Assembly: GCA_963737655.1 (NCBI GenBank) | Contig: CAVTTN010000002.1 | Coordinates: 3,232,001 to 3,296,000, forward strand | Direction of reading: 5' to 3' | Length of the DNA stretch: 64,000 nucleotides | DNA from: an uncultured Planctomycetota bacterium | GTDB lineage: Bacteria > Planctomycetota > Planctomycetia > Isosphaerales > Isosphaeraceae | Part shown: positions 49,824 to 60,963 of the stretch, one piece after another | Layout: each line of letters opens with the position of its first letter | How positions within the stretch are numbered: the stretch's first letter is position 1 | The notes under the pieces: generated by a model | Told to the model about the DNA's origin: nothing | Seen by the model: the letters and a program-made list of their open reading frames with translations, nothing else | Database searches by the model: none | Translations under genes and position numbers: made by a program

Positions 49824-50234
49824 ATGGAGAGCTTCTCGATTTTCGCCCACGGCCGGGAGCTCGACGTGGATCGGCTGGTCCGCGAAGTCCCGTTGCCGTT
49901 CGATCGGGTCTGGAGGAGGGGGGAGCCTCTGCCGACCTGCGGGCTGGGCGAGTATCCGACCAGCGGCGCGGAGATCGTCCTGGGCTGCGGGAAGACGCTG
50001 GCCATCCGCGTTCAAGAACGGATCGCCGAGGAGTTCCTCGCCTCCCATCGAGGGCCTCTCCTGGAAATGGTCCGGGCAGAGGGCATCGAATGTTGCGTCC
50101 TCGGCCTTCAGTATCACCTGTCGTTTCAGCCGGACCGCCGCAGGTTCTGCGTCAGCCCTTCGACCAAATTCCTTCGGGCCGCCCTGGACCTGGGAATTCG
50201 GCCGGTGATTTACGGCACCCTCGACCCCGCGTGA
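49824..50234 (+). CDS. Hypothetical protein (weak DUF4279-like appearance)
   Basis: MESFSIFAHGRELDVD...VWRRGEP; GGAG upstream. The family call is tentative. Confidence 0.55.
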   Translation: MESFSIFAHGRELDVDRLVREVPLPFDRVWRRGEPLPTCGLGEYPTSGAEIVLGCGKTLAIRVQERIAEEFLASHRGPLLEMVRAEGIECCVLGLQYHLSFQPDRRRFCVSPSTKFLRAALDLGIRPVIYGTLDPA

Positions 50235-50266
50235 AAGCCGGCCACCAGGTGTAGCCATGCCCGGCT

Positions 50267-51613
50267 CTACTTCCCGCTCGGCGAGATCACGCCCTCGCAA
50301 AGGAGCCCGGTGAAGGCGGAGACGACTTCCGGTAGCGATGCCAGGTGCAGATGGACGAGGCTCCCCACGGCATTGTACCGAAAGACCATGTCGCGACGGT
50401 CGGCCAGAGGGCCGGACCGGGCCGGGCAGTCGCCGGGTTCGGGGGCCGGGTGGAGCCGCCACCGGCCGGAGAGATAGCCCCGGATCGCGGTGCCCCGGGG
50501 CCCGAGCCAGCCGGATCGATTCAAACGGCGGAGGACCGGCCGAGGCCGGGGGGTCCGCGAGGCGAGTTCGGCGTCGAACGGGAAGATCCCGGCTCCGGAG
50601 GTCCGCCGGCCCTCAACGATCAAGGAACGCCCGAGGTAGGCGGCGCCTCCCCCTTCGGCGTAGATCCGATGCCCCCGGCAGACGTGGTCCCGGAGAGACG
50701 CCACCAGGCTGAAGTTCCCGGCGAGCTCCTCGGCGAAGCGGTCGGGAAGGCCGGCGCCAATCATCACGAGGTCCGCGTTCTCCGGAAGTGTCTCGTCCCT
50801 CAAAGGCGAGAAGTCCACGAGCTCGGCCCCGAGTCCTTCGAGGGCTTCCAGGGTGTCCGGGAAATAGTTGCCGAACGCCTCATCGTGAGCGTAGGCGACG
50901 CGAAATCGAGGGCCGGGTTGGGTCGCCGGTGGCTCCGGCAGGCAGGAACGGCCCCGAGCGATCCCGAGCAGGGCGTCCAGGTCGGCGAACCGGAGGAAAC
51001 TCGCCCCCAGCTTCGCGAACACGGCCAGGGGCGTGGGATGCTCCGCCGAGTTTTCGGCGAGCTCGGCCCGAAGGCCGTCGAGCCGCTCGACGCCGCCGAT
51101 CACCGGCTTGCCCGACAGGACCTCGACGACCTTCTTCAACGCGGGGAAGGTGTCCGGTTCTTCCACCCCGTCGATCAGGAGGGCCTCGACGCCGGGAGGC
51201 AGGGGCGGCAGGTGGAAGGCCAGGGCCGGCGACCAGGGGACCATCGCGACGATCGGGAGGTCCAGGGCCGCGACCAGAGGGCCAAGCCGTCCGGGTCGGA
51301 GGTGAGGAGGGGCCGAGGGCGGCCAGGGGCTCTCGTCCAGGGTGCCTTCCACCACGGCAAGGTCGGCCCCTCGGGCGCCTCGGCCGAAGGCGGCCAGGCG
51401 AGCCTCGGGCGCCATCAGCCAGGGGTCGAGCTGCCGGCCCGGGAGGCCCGTGATCCGCCCGATGGCCGGTTCGCTGAGCGGCCGGGCGCGGGCGGCGAAG
51501 TGCTGGACGGTCCACCGCTTCATCGCCAGGCCCGCGAGCAAGGCAAGGCCGGCGGGCGACGGCTCGGGGCCGGCGGACGGCGTGGCCAGGGCCAGACGGG
51601 GCGGGCGGTTCAT
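50267..51613 (-). CDS. Cobyrinate a,c-diamide synthase (CbiA/CobB)-like protein with degenerate active sites
   Basis: LDPWLM, AVVEG, VAYAHDEAF..YFPD.LE.L...GAELV.FSPL.D..LP, IYAEGGG..YLG, HLH. Confidence 0.85.
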   Translation of the reverse strand: MNRPPRLALATPSAGPEPSPAGLALLAGLAMKRWTVQHFAARARPLSEPAIGRITGLPGRQLDPWLMAPEARLAAFGRGARGADLAVVEGTLDESPWPPSAPPHLRPGRLGPLVAALDLPIVAMVPWSPALAFHLPPLPPGVEALLIDGVEEPDTFPALKKVVEVLSGKPVIGGVERLDGLRAELAENSAEHPTPLAVFAKLGASFLRFADLDALLGIARGRSCLPEPPATQPGPRFRVAYAHDEAFGNYFPDTLEALEGLGAELVDFSPLRDETLPENADLVMIGAGLPDRFAEELAGNFSLVASLRDHVCRGHRIYAEGGGAAYLGRSLIVEGRRTSGAGIFPFDAELASRTPRPRPVLRRLNRSGWLGPRGTAIRGYLSGRWRLHPAPEPGDCPARSGPLADRRDMVFRYNAVGSLVHLHLASLPEVVSAFTGLLCEGVISPSGK

Positions 51614-51759
51614 CGGGGCACCGGCATCGGGCGGGGGGGCGCGCCGGGGAATCCCGGGCGCGAGATCGTTCGCCGGCATCGTGCCGGGCGGAGCATCCGC
51701 AAGGCCGGGACGGCTTCGGTCCTCGGCCCCCGGGACAGAGCGGCTGGCAGGTCGTCTCA

Positions 51760-51787
51760 ATCATAGAGAGGCCGGTCCGGGCGTCAA
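51760..51787 (-). promoter_or_regulatory. Sigma70-like promoter for the cbiA-like gene
   Basis: Reverse strand TTGACG-N16-TATGAT. Confidence 0.55.
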
Positions 51788-51910
51788 GCCGGTTTAGCGG
51801 CCGAAGCCCGGGCGTCCTCGCCTCACGAGCCTTTCGAGGCGTCAGGACCACGGAATGCGAATGGGCGAGCATGCATCGATGCCTCGCAAGGGCCAGCGCG
51901 GCGATTCCGC

Positions 51911-51939
51911 TTGTCGACGGAGGGGGCTTGGGCTACCCT
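51911..51939 (+). promoter_or_regulatory. Possible sigma70-like promoter for the MscK-like locus
   Basis: TTGTCG-N17-TACCCT. Confidence 0.4.
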
Positions 51940-52028
51940 GACCGCCCCTCGGGCGGAACCATCAGACCACGGACGGCCTGGCTCCGGTGACGGAGCGGAC
52001 GACCTCTCGCTCTGGAGGAGCGCGAACG

Positions 52029-53822
52029 ATGCGATGGATCGCGGCCGGAACCGTCGTGCTCGCGGCGACGACGGGGCTCGTCATCGAGGCCCGGGGCCAG
52101 AACAGACCGTCTTCCCGAGATCGCCCGATCGAAGCCGGGAGCTCGACAACCAGGGCCGAAGGGGAAGCCCCGCTATCGCCCGAGGCGTCGTCCGCGAGGC
52201 TGGCGACCCTCGAACGGCTCCATGCGCTGGGGGATCCCGCCGATGCCGCCCGCGACAAGCCGAAGGACAAGGCGGCCGAGGCCCGCGCGAAGGTCCTCCG
52301 CGAGATCTACCAGGAGAGGCTCCGGTTGATCGTCGAGTGGGACAAGGCGAGCCAGGCGGCCCGGGGGGACGACAGGCCCTCGGCGTCTCCGGAGGCCGAG
52401 TCCGCCGAGCTCAAGGCGACCATCGAATCGGCCAAGGCGGCGCTCGCTCAGGCCGCGAAGAACCCGACGAGTCTCTTGCCCGAAGCCTTCCGGTCGCCCT
52501 CGGCGTCGGTGGCGGAATCGGCCCTGACCGAGATGAATGAGGCGATTCGCCGGGCCCAGGAAACCGTCGAGGACCTGGGAAAGGGTCTCGAATCGCTGAC
52601 CGTCGCCTCGGGCCGCAAGGACTCGCCGACGGTCTCCGCCGCGAAGGCCGAGCGCGAGGACTCGCGGAAGAAGGTGGCCGCCCTCGCCCCTCGCCGGGAC
52701 CAGCTCCAGGCCGCCCTGGCGAAGGCGGCCTCGTTGGAGGCTCGCGAGCTCGCCCGGGAACGGCTCGCGAACCTTGAATGGGAGGGGAAGGTCGAGGCCG
52801 AGAGGCTCCGCCAGGTCGATTCGCGGCTGGAGGTCGAGGGCCGGCGTGCCGCCATGTCCGAGACCCGGATCGAGGCCCAGAAACTCCGGCTGGAACTCGC
52901 CCGGGCCACCCTGGCGGCGCTCCAATCGACCTATAAGACCCGGGTCGATCGCCGAGAGAAAGAGCTGAAGCAGGCCGCCGCCTCCGCGCAGGTCCGCGCC
53001 AACAAGACGGGCGACCCCCTGGAAAAGTACCGGGCCCGCCGCGAGAAGGAGCTGGCCGACCAGCAGGCCCTCGAAACCGAGCGCCGGAGCGAGCTGGCCA
53101 CTCCGGCCCTCTCGCTCCAGGAACAGACGGACAAGGCCGACCGCGCCCTCCACGAGTTCCAGAGGCTCAAGGAGCTCGTCGCCGGAGGGCGATCGGCGGC
53201 GATCGTCGCCCAGAGGCTCAACAACAGCTATCGCCGCCTGGCCTCGGAGCGGGCCGCCCTCCTCCGCAATGAGATGGCCCAGGTTTCCTTGCTCATGGGC
53301 CGCTATGAGAACGAGCTCACCGACGTCGAGCTCGACCAGCTCGACGACGTCCGGGGGGACAGGGCCCTCCGCGAGAACCTCCTGGCGATCCTGCCCGAGT
53401 CCCGGAGGAAGCAGGCCACGGACCTCTTCGAGGACGCCGAGAGGAAGCAGCGGGCCGTCCTGGAGAAGCGCCGGGAAGTCCTGATGGAACTCTCGGCCCG
53501 GACCGAGGAGACCCGTCGCGAGATCGCCCGGAGGCTCCAGATCCTCGACGATCAGCACGCCTTCCTCCGGACCCACCTGTTCTGGATCCGCGACCTTCCG
53601 CCGATCGGCGCGGAAACGATCGACCAGATGAAACGGGAGGGCCGGGACCTCGGGCGGACGGCCCTGGGGATGGCCTCCGAGGCATGGAATCCGTCGGGCT
53701 GGGGCGGAGTCTCGCCGTTATTCGTCCTCTGCGGGATCGGCCTGACGGTCTTGCCCTTCGGGCTCCACCGGGCCCGCAAGGCGCTCCGCTCGCACATGGA
53801 TCGAGCGACCGCGCCGATTTGA
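52029..53822 (+). CDS. Periplasmic coiled-coil protein resembling the MscK/MscM N-terminal half, with a C-terminal TM
   Basis: GGAGGA RBS, signal peptide, long heptad-rich region, LFWIRD..PIG, then one TM. Confidence 0.78.
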   Translation: MRWIAAGTVVLAATTGLVIEARGQNRPSSRDRPIEAGSSTTRAEGEAPLSPEASSARLATLERLHALGDPADAARDKPKDKAAEARAKVLREIYQERLRLIVEWDKASQAARGDDRPSASPEAESAELKATIESAKAALAQAAKNPTSLLPEAFRSPSASVAESALTEMNEAIRRAQETVEDLGKGLESLTVASGRKDSPTVSAAKAEREDSRKKVAALAPRRDQLQAALAKAASLEARELARERLANLEWEGKVEAERLRQVDSRLEVEGRRAAMSETRIEAQKLRLELARATLAALQSTYKTRVDRREKELKQAAASAQVRANKTGDPLEKYRARREKELADQQALETERRSELATPALSLQEQTDKADRALHEFQRLKELVAGGRSAAIVAQRLNNSYRRLASERAALLRNEMAQVSLLMGRYENELTDVELDQLDDVRGDRALRENLLAILPESRRKQATDLFEDAERKQRAVLEKRREVLMELSARTEETRREIARRLQILDDQHAFLRTHLFWIRDLPPIGAETIDQMKREGRDLGRTALGMASEAWNPSGWGGVSPLFVLCGIGLTVLPFGLHRARKALRSHMDRATAPI

Positions 53823-53885
53823 AACGGGTACAGGCCGGGCAATGGGTCGGACGCCGCGGGACGGACCGGGAATCGAGGCCCCTTC

Positions 53886-55706
53886 ATGAGAGCGTTCAAG
53901 AATTTTTCGATCCAGGTTGCGATCTCGGCCCTGTGGCCGTCGTACCTCGCGCTGATGGCCCTGGCGGCGAGGGTCGGACCGTGGAGCCGGGAGCTGGCGA
54001 GGCCGGCGTCGTTCGTCCTCTGGGTCCTCGCGCTGGCCCTGTTCCTGGCCGCGCTGGCGAGGTTCCTGTTCGGTCCTCGGGGGTGGGCCGAGGACACCCT
54101 CAAGGCCCCTCCGCCCGCCGCCCGACAGATCCGCCGCGCGTGCTGGTCGCTGGCGATCGGGATGATCGTGTTCCTCCTGCCGTCGTGGCTCCTGAATCGC
54201 GGGCTGATCGCCCACGGAGACCGTCCGGTCACGGCCCCGGCCGTCTCGCGGTTCCTGGTTCTAGGGTTCGAGGTCCTGATCGGGATCGTCGCCCTCCGAG
54301 TGCTCCGCCCTCGAAGCTCGTTCATGACGTGGATCGGTGGCGGCGAGACCGGCGGCAACGCCCTGGGCCGGCATCGCCGGGTCGCGGCGCTGCTGGTCCT
54401 CGTCCTGATCGGCGCGATCATCACGCTCGACTCCCTCGGCTACTCCTACACCGCCCGAAGGGTCTCCACGGCGATCCTCCAGGCGGTCGGATTGGCGTCG
54501 GCGTGCTGGCTGCTCCATCGACTGATCGTCCGCGCGATCGACGGCCACGCCTGGCGATGGATGAAGCCCGGGGCCTCGGGCGGAGGCGCGGTCGCCCCGG
54601 GCGATCACGTCTCGGCCGACGACACGGCCGGCCGCCTGAAGAGGCTCTCCGCCTGGGTGATTCCGCTCCTGGGACTGGGGATCGGCGCCTGGTACTGGAA
54701 TTTCGATGGCGCCCTGGTCCGCGCCCTGGCCGATCGCTCGATCGTCCCGGGATCGGCCTACGCCCTGACCGTGGGCGACGCCTTCAAGGCCGTCGTGATC
54801 TTCACGCTGACCGGAGTGGCCTGGCGGCACCTCGGCGCGTTCTTCTCTCTGGTGGTCTTCCCGAGGATGGCCGACGACCCGGGCATCCGATTCGCGGTGC
54901 TCACCCTCTGCCGATACCTCGTCCTTGGGGCGGGGCTGATCCTGGGGATGACGGCCCTGCACTTCGGGCTGGACCGGATCGGCGTCGGCCTGGCCGCCCT
55001 GGGCGTCGGCCTGGGATTCGGGCTCCAGGAGATCGTCTCGAACTTCGTCAGCGGGATCATCTTGTTGCTGGAACGGCCGATCCGGGTGGGTGACATCGTC
55101 ACCGTCGCCGGGATGAGCGGCAAGGTCGAGCGGATCAACATCCGGGCCACCACGATCATCAACGCCGACAACCAGAGCCTGATCGTCCCCAATCGCGAGT
55201 TCATCACGGCAAACCTGGTGAACTGGACCCACAAGGACCGGGTGCTCCGCATCTCGATCCCCGTGGGCGTGGGCTACGGGAGCGACCCGGACAACGTGGC
55301 CGAGCTCCTCCTGGCGATCGCCCGGGCCGATGCGGACGTCCTCCGCAACCCGGTGCCGACGGCGATCATGGAAGGGTTCGGCGACTCGGCGCTGAACTTC
55401 ACGCTCCACGCCCACGTGCCCGACCCCAGCCTCGCCGGGAGGGTCAAGCACCGGTTGTGCGCCGAGATTCAGAGACGCTTCAAGGCGCAGGGGATCTCGA
55501 TCCCGATGCCGTCGCGAGAGATTCTCGTCAAGTCGGCCGGTCACGATCACGATCACAATCACGAGCAAGCCGCGGGAGGCCGTCAACTGGGGCCGTTCTG
55601 GAGAGCGGACGGCCCGGCGACGGTTCCCCCACCGCCAACGCCGTCGAGATGCCCGGTCTGCTTCCCAGAGCCGGCGGAGCCGTTGCATCGGGGCGTCGAT
55701 GAGTGA
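53886..55706 (+). CDS. MscS family mechanosensitive channel (MscK-like C-terminal half)
   Basis: Multiple TMs, LGY.YTA, ALGVGLGFGLQEIVSNFVSGIILLLERPIRVGD, IRAT, IVPN, NWT, GFGDS. Confidence 0.93.
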   Translation: MRAFKNFSIQVAISALWPSYLALMALAARVGPWSRELARPASFVLWVLALALFLAALARFLFGPRGWAEDTLKAPPPAARQIRRACWSLAIGMIVFLLPSWLLNRGLIAHGDRPVTAPAVSRFLVLGFEVLIGIVALRVLRPRSSFMTWIGGGETGGNALGRHRRVAALLVLVLIGAIITLDSLGYSYTARRVSTAILQAVGLASACWLLHRLIVRAIDGHAWRWMKPGASGGGAVAPGDHVSADDTAGRLKRLSAWVIPLLGLGIGAWYWNFDGALVRALADRSIVPGSAYALTVGDAFKAVVIFTLTGVAWRHLGAFFSLVVFPRMADDPGIRFAVLTLCRYLVLGAGLILGMTALHFGLDRIGVGLAALGVGLGFGLQEIVSNFVSGIILLLERPIRVGDIVTVAGMSGKVERINIRATTIINADNQSLIVPNREFITANLVNWTHKDRVLRISIPVGVGYGSDPDNVAELLLAIARADADVLRNPVPTAIMEGFGDSALNFTLHAHVPDPSLAGRVKHRLCAEIQRRFKAQGISIPMPSREILVKSAGHDHDHNHEQAAGGRQLGPFWRADGPATVPPPPTPSRCPVCFPEPAEPLHRGVDE

Positions 55707-55783
55707 AAAAGCTGACGACAGGAGCGTGGGCATCCGGCTCAGTCAGAACCGGACTTCAGGGGATCGCTCTCGGATCGCGTCTC

Positions 55784-55842
55784 CGTAAGGCAGGCCTTGG
55801 GCTGCCGTCGCCACGAATCGGCAGGCCAAGGCCTGCCCTACG
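55784..55842. repeat. Family-B REP inverted doublet between convergent genes
   Basis: CGTAAGGCAGGCCTTGGGCTGCCG...CGGCAGGCCAAGGCCTGCCCTACG. Confidence 0.88.
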
Positions 55843-55924
55843 AAGTGCCGTCGTGCTCGATCCGTGAGTGTTCCGCAGCAGGTTGGCGGGTCGTCGCCCT
55901 GACGTCCGTACCCGGACCAGGCGG

Positions 55925-57550
55925 TCATTTCCCCTCTGCGGCGGCCTTCGGTGGGGTCGGCGAGGTTGGGGTCTCGGCGTCGGCGTAGAAGACCTCGCAG
56001 AGCTTGCCGAGGAGGCGCCCGGCCTCGGCGGTGGCTTCGGTCACGTCGTTGTCGGGCGTGGCTAGCGGGACGTTGTTCACGAAGAAGGCGAAGGCGAGGT
56101 TCTTGCCCGAGGCCGTCTCCATGTAGCCGGCCAGGGCCTTGCTCGTGAGGATGGCCCGGCCGTTCAGGCCGTTGCCCACCCAGTACGTACCCGTCTTGGC
56201 GCGGACGTGCCCTTTCGCCGGGCTATCGGTCGGGACGGCCGTCGCCAGTGTTCCGTCTCGACCCAGGATGGGCAACGCCGCTTCATAGGCCGGGAAGCCG
56301 GGTCGGGTGGTCATGGAGCGAAGCAGGGCGACCGTCGCCCTCGGCGTGACGAGGTCCGCCCTCGCGCCTCCGGCCCCTCCTCCGAAGGCGATCGTGGAGG
56401 TATCGACGCCCAGCTCCTGAAGCAGCGTCCCTTCGCGGCGGAGGCCATCGGCCAGCGTCTTCTCGCCGTGGTGGGCCGCCACGAGCAGGGGGAGCGTGCT
56501 GGCGTGAAGGTTCTGGCTGACCTTGAGGATCACCTTGATGTATTCCGAGAACGGCGGCGAGGTGTATTCGGCCACCTTCGCGAGCTTCGCGACCTCCGAC
56601 GGCATCGGCAGGTCGCCGCTCGGGTTGTCGGCCAGGGGAGACGCCGAGACCTTGATCCCCTGTCCTCGAAGGCTCTCCAGGAACATGGTCCGGGCGAATG
56701 AGGCCGGATCTTGCACCTCGTAAATCTTGACCGCCGGCTTGTGCCCGACGGGCAGCTTGCCGCGGACCGAGAACCGCCGAGGGGCCTGCGAGATCACGTC
56801 CAGGGAGGGCGCGACGCCTTCGGGAACGGTCTCCACCGAGGTCTCGAACGTGGCGAAGGCGGTCTCGGGGACGATCGCCACGGTCGCCGGCTCGCCGGCC
56901 CTGGCCGCCGGGGTCACCCGGACGTCGATCACGTTGTCGTTGACCACCATCGGCGAGACGCGAGAGGGCCCGCTGCCGGTGCTGGGGGCGGACTCGAACA
57001 GGCGGTCATCGACGATCACCTCGCCCGTCACCCGCTTGATCCCGGCGTCCTTGATCTCCCGGGCCAGGTAGTCGAGCCCTCCTCGGGGATTGGCCGGGAC
57101 GAGCGTGGCCTTGAAACTCCCTCCGGCGTAGGAGTGGTCGTTGTCCTCGAAAAGCAGGGTGCCCTCGGGGCCGGTCCGGCCTCCCAGGCTGAGGTCTCCC
57201 GAGGCCACCAGGATCAGGTCGCCCGAGAGGGTCCCGTCCGCCGAGACGTCTCCCCGGCGAACCACCCGGGTCTTGAAGCGATAATCCGGGCCAAGATCGG
57301 TCAGGGCCGAGGCGCAGCTGAAGAGCTTCGTGACCGACGCCGGGCAGAACATCCGGTCGGCGTTCTTCTCGAAGACGACCTTTCCGGTCTTGACCTCGAC
57401 GACCAGCACGCCCCATGCGCCCTGGGAATACGTGGGCGTCTTCAGGACCGCTTCGACCCGGGCCTCCAGAGGTTCGGCCGATCGCGAGGACCGGGCGGCC
57501 AGGAGGCAGAGGATCGGGATTGCCAGGGAAGCGGCCCGTCGTCGGATCAT
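55925..57550 (-). CDS. dacB: D-Ala-D-Ala carboxypeptidase/endopeptidase (PBP4, S13)
   Basis: Signal peptide, PASVTK (SxxK), SQN (SxN), LPILGRDGTL, AKTGT. Confidence 0.93.
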   Translation of the reverse strand: MIRRRAASLAIPILCLLAARSSRSAEPLEARVEAVLKTPTYSQGAWGVLVVEVKTGKVVFEKNADRMFCPASVTKLFSCASALTDLGPDYRFKTRVVRRGDVSADGTLSGDLILVASGDLSLGGRTGPEGTLLFEDNDHSYAGGSFKATLVPANPRGGLDYLAREIKDAGIKRVTGEVIVDDRLFESAPSTGSGPSRVSPMVVNDNVIDVRVTPAARAGEPATVAIVPETAFATFETSVETVPEGVAPSLDVISQAPRRFSVRGKLPVGHKPAVKIYEVQDPASFARTMFLESLRGQGIKVSASPLADNPSGDLPMPSEVAKLAKVAEYTSPPFSEYIKVILKVSQNLHASTLPLLVAAHHGEKTLADGLRREGTLLQELGVDTSTIAFGGGAGGARADLVTPRATVALLRSMTTRPGFPAYEAALPILGRDGTLATAVPTDSPAKGHVRAKTGTYWVGNGLNGRAILTSKALAGYMETASGKNLAFAFFVNNVPLATPDNDVTEATAEAGRLLGKLCEVFYADAETPTSPTPPKAAAEGK

Positions 57551-57730
57551 CACTCGCAGCCTCCGAAGGAACGGCCCGCCTCGGGCCTCGACGCCGACAT
57601 CATAACCGACGATCCTCCCGACCTGTAGGGTCCTCGGCACCGAGGCTTTGAAGCCGGGGGGATCGGTCTGCTAGAGTGCTCGTTCACGCCTGTCCCGAGA
57701 CCCTCTTCCCGCGATGAGGCATTCAGTCCG

Positions 57731-59521
<1,791 letters not shown>

Positions 59522-59686
59522 CGGGCCTCCGCTCTCCAATTATGGCCCAGATTGGCATCCCGGAGACCGCCCCTCCGCGCCGGGCCCTCGTGGCCTCTCC
59601 TCGGCTCGGGACTTGCGGGGAGCCTCGGCGGCCCTGGCCTCGCCTCGCGTCCATACGATCCGTTTGCCCGACGGGACTTCCGACCC

Positions 59687-60361
59687 ATGCCCGCCCGCAA
59701 CGAAGACCTCCACGGCAACGCGCCCGACAAGTCGCCCGTGGTCCTTCTTCTGATCGACTGGATCAATTCGTTGGATTTCCCCGAGGGCCGGAGCCTCCTG
59801 GAACAGGCCCTCCCGGCCGCCGATCGGGCCGCCGAGCTCCGGCGAAAGGCCCGGGAGGCGCGCGTTCCGACGATTTATGTCAACGACAACTTCGGCCGCT
59901 GGCGGTCAGACTTCCGCTCCCAGGTCGATCATTGCCTGAAGGACGGCTGCCTCGGCCGCCCCCTGGTCGAGAAGCTGGCCCCGGGCCCCGACGATTATTT
60001 CGTCTTGAAGCCGAAACATTCGGGATTTTTCTCGACGACTCTGGATCTCCTGCTCGAATACCTGGGCGCCAGGACCCTCGTCCTCTCCGGGATTGCCGGG
60101 AATATCTGCGTCCTGTTCACGGCCAATGATGCCTATCTTCGCGATTTCGACCTCTGCGTTCCGAGCGACGCGACCGCCTCGAACCGAGCCGAGGACAATG
60201 CCCATGCCATCGGCCAGATGGCGAAGATCCTCAAGGCCGATACCTCACCGACCGCCGACCTGGATTTCCTCGACCTGAAGGATAGAACAGCCCGGAGAGG
60301 CGGCCCGCCGAGACCCCGGGACGAGGATCTTGGGGCCGGGCCGTCGCGGACCCAGGCCTAG
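59687..60361 (+). CDS. Isochorismatase family cysteine hydrolase
   Basis: LLLID, KPKHSGF, GIAGNICV.FTA.DA (D-K-C triad). Confidence 0.92.
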   Translation: MPARNEDLHGNAPDKSPVVLLLIDWINSLDFPEGRSLLEQALPAADRAAELRRKAREARVPTIYVNDNFGRWRSDFRSQVDHCLKDGCLGRPLVEKLAPGPDDYFVLKPKHSGFFSTTLDLLLEYLGARTLVLSGIAGNICVLFTANDAYLRDFDLCVPSDATASNRAEDNAHAIGQMAKILKADTSPTADLDFLDLKDRTARRGGPPRPRDEDLGAGPSRTQA

Positions 60362-60371
60362 GGGGCCGGCG

Positions 60372-60866
60372 ATGCCAGGTCGTCGAATCGAGCCGAAACC
60401 GGGGCAGGAATCGGTCTGGGACTATCCGAGGCCGCCATCACTCGTGCCGTCTCCGGCGGAAGTCCGGGTTGAGTTCGGGGGGCAGGTGGTGGCCGAGACT
60501 CGAAAGGCGTTTCGAGTCCTGGAGACGAGCCATCCGCCGGTCTTCTATCTACCGCCGGAAGACGTGAGGGACGAGTTCGTGGTCCGATCGGCTCGCTCGT
60601 CGTTCTGCGAGTTCAAGGGCCGGGCGTTGTACTTCGACCTGCTCGTCGGAGATCGGCGATCGAAGGACGTAGGGTGGTTCTATCCGTCGCCGACCCGCGA
60701 ATTCGCCCCCATCGCCGGCTTCCTGGCCTTTTATCCCGGCCGGGTCGATGCGTGTTTCGTCGATGGCGAGCGGGTCCAGGCCCAGGAGGGGGATTTTTAC
60801 GGAGGCTGGATCACGGGGGCGATCGTCGGGCCGTTCAAGGGAGGCCCGGGGACGCGGGGATGGTAG
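60372..60866 (+). CDS. DUF427 domain protein
   Basis: ESVWDYPRPP, LETSHPP, CEFKG, FYGGWIT, GPFKGGPG. Confidence 0.92.
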   Translation: MPGRRIEPKPGQESVWDYPRPPSLVPSPAEVRVEFGGQVVAETRKAFRVLETSHPPVFYLPPEDVRDEFVVRSARSSFCEFKGRALYFDLLVGDRRSKDVGWFYPSPTREFAPIAGFLAFYPGRVDACFVDGERVQAQEGDFYGGWITGAIVGPFKGGPGTRGW

Positions 60867-60897
60867 GGGCCGGCTCGGCTCTTGGGCCGGGAAACGA

Positions 60898-60935
60898 CGC
60901 GACCCGCCCCGACCATGAAGTCGGGGCGGGTCGCG
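60898..60935. terminator. 16-bp perfect hairpin between convergent genes
   Basis: CGCGACCCGCCCCGAC-CATGAA-GTCGGGGCGGGTCGCG. Confidence 0.65.
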
Positions 60936-60963
60936 AGGATCGTTCAGGACTCCGAAGCGGGCG

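Noticed and set aside
53820..53885. Selenocysteine recoding of the in-frame TGA
   Set aside because: It is not at a redox Cys position, no convincing SECIS hairpin follows, and MscK is not a known selenoprotein family.
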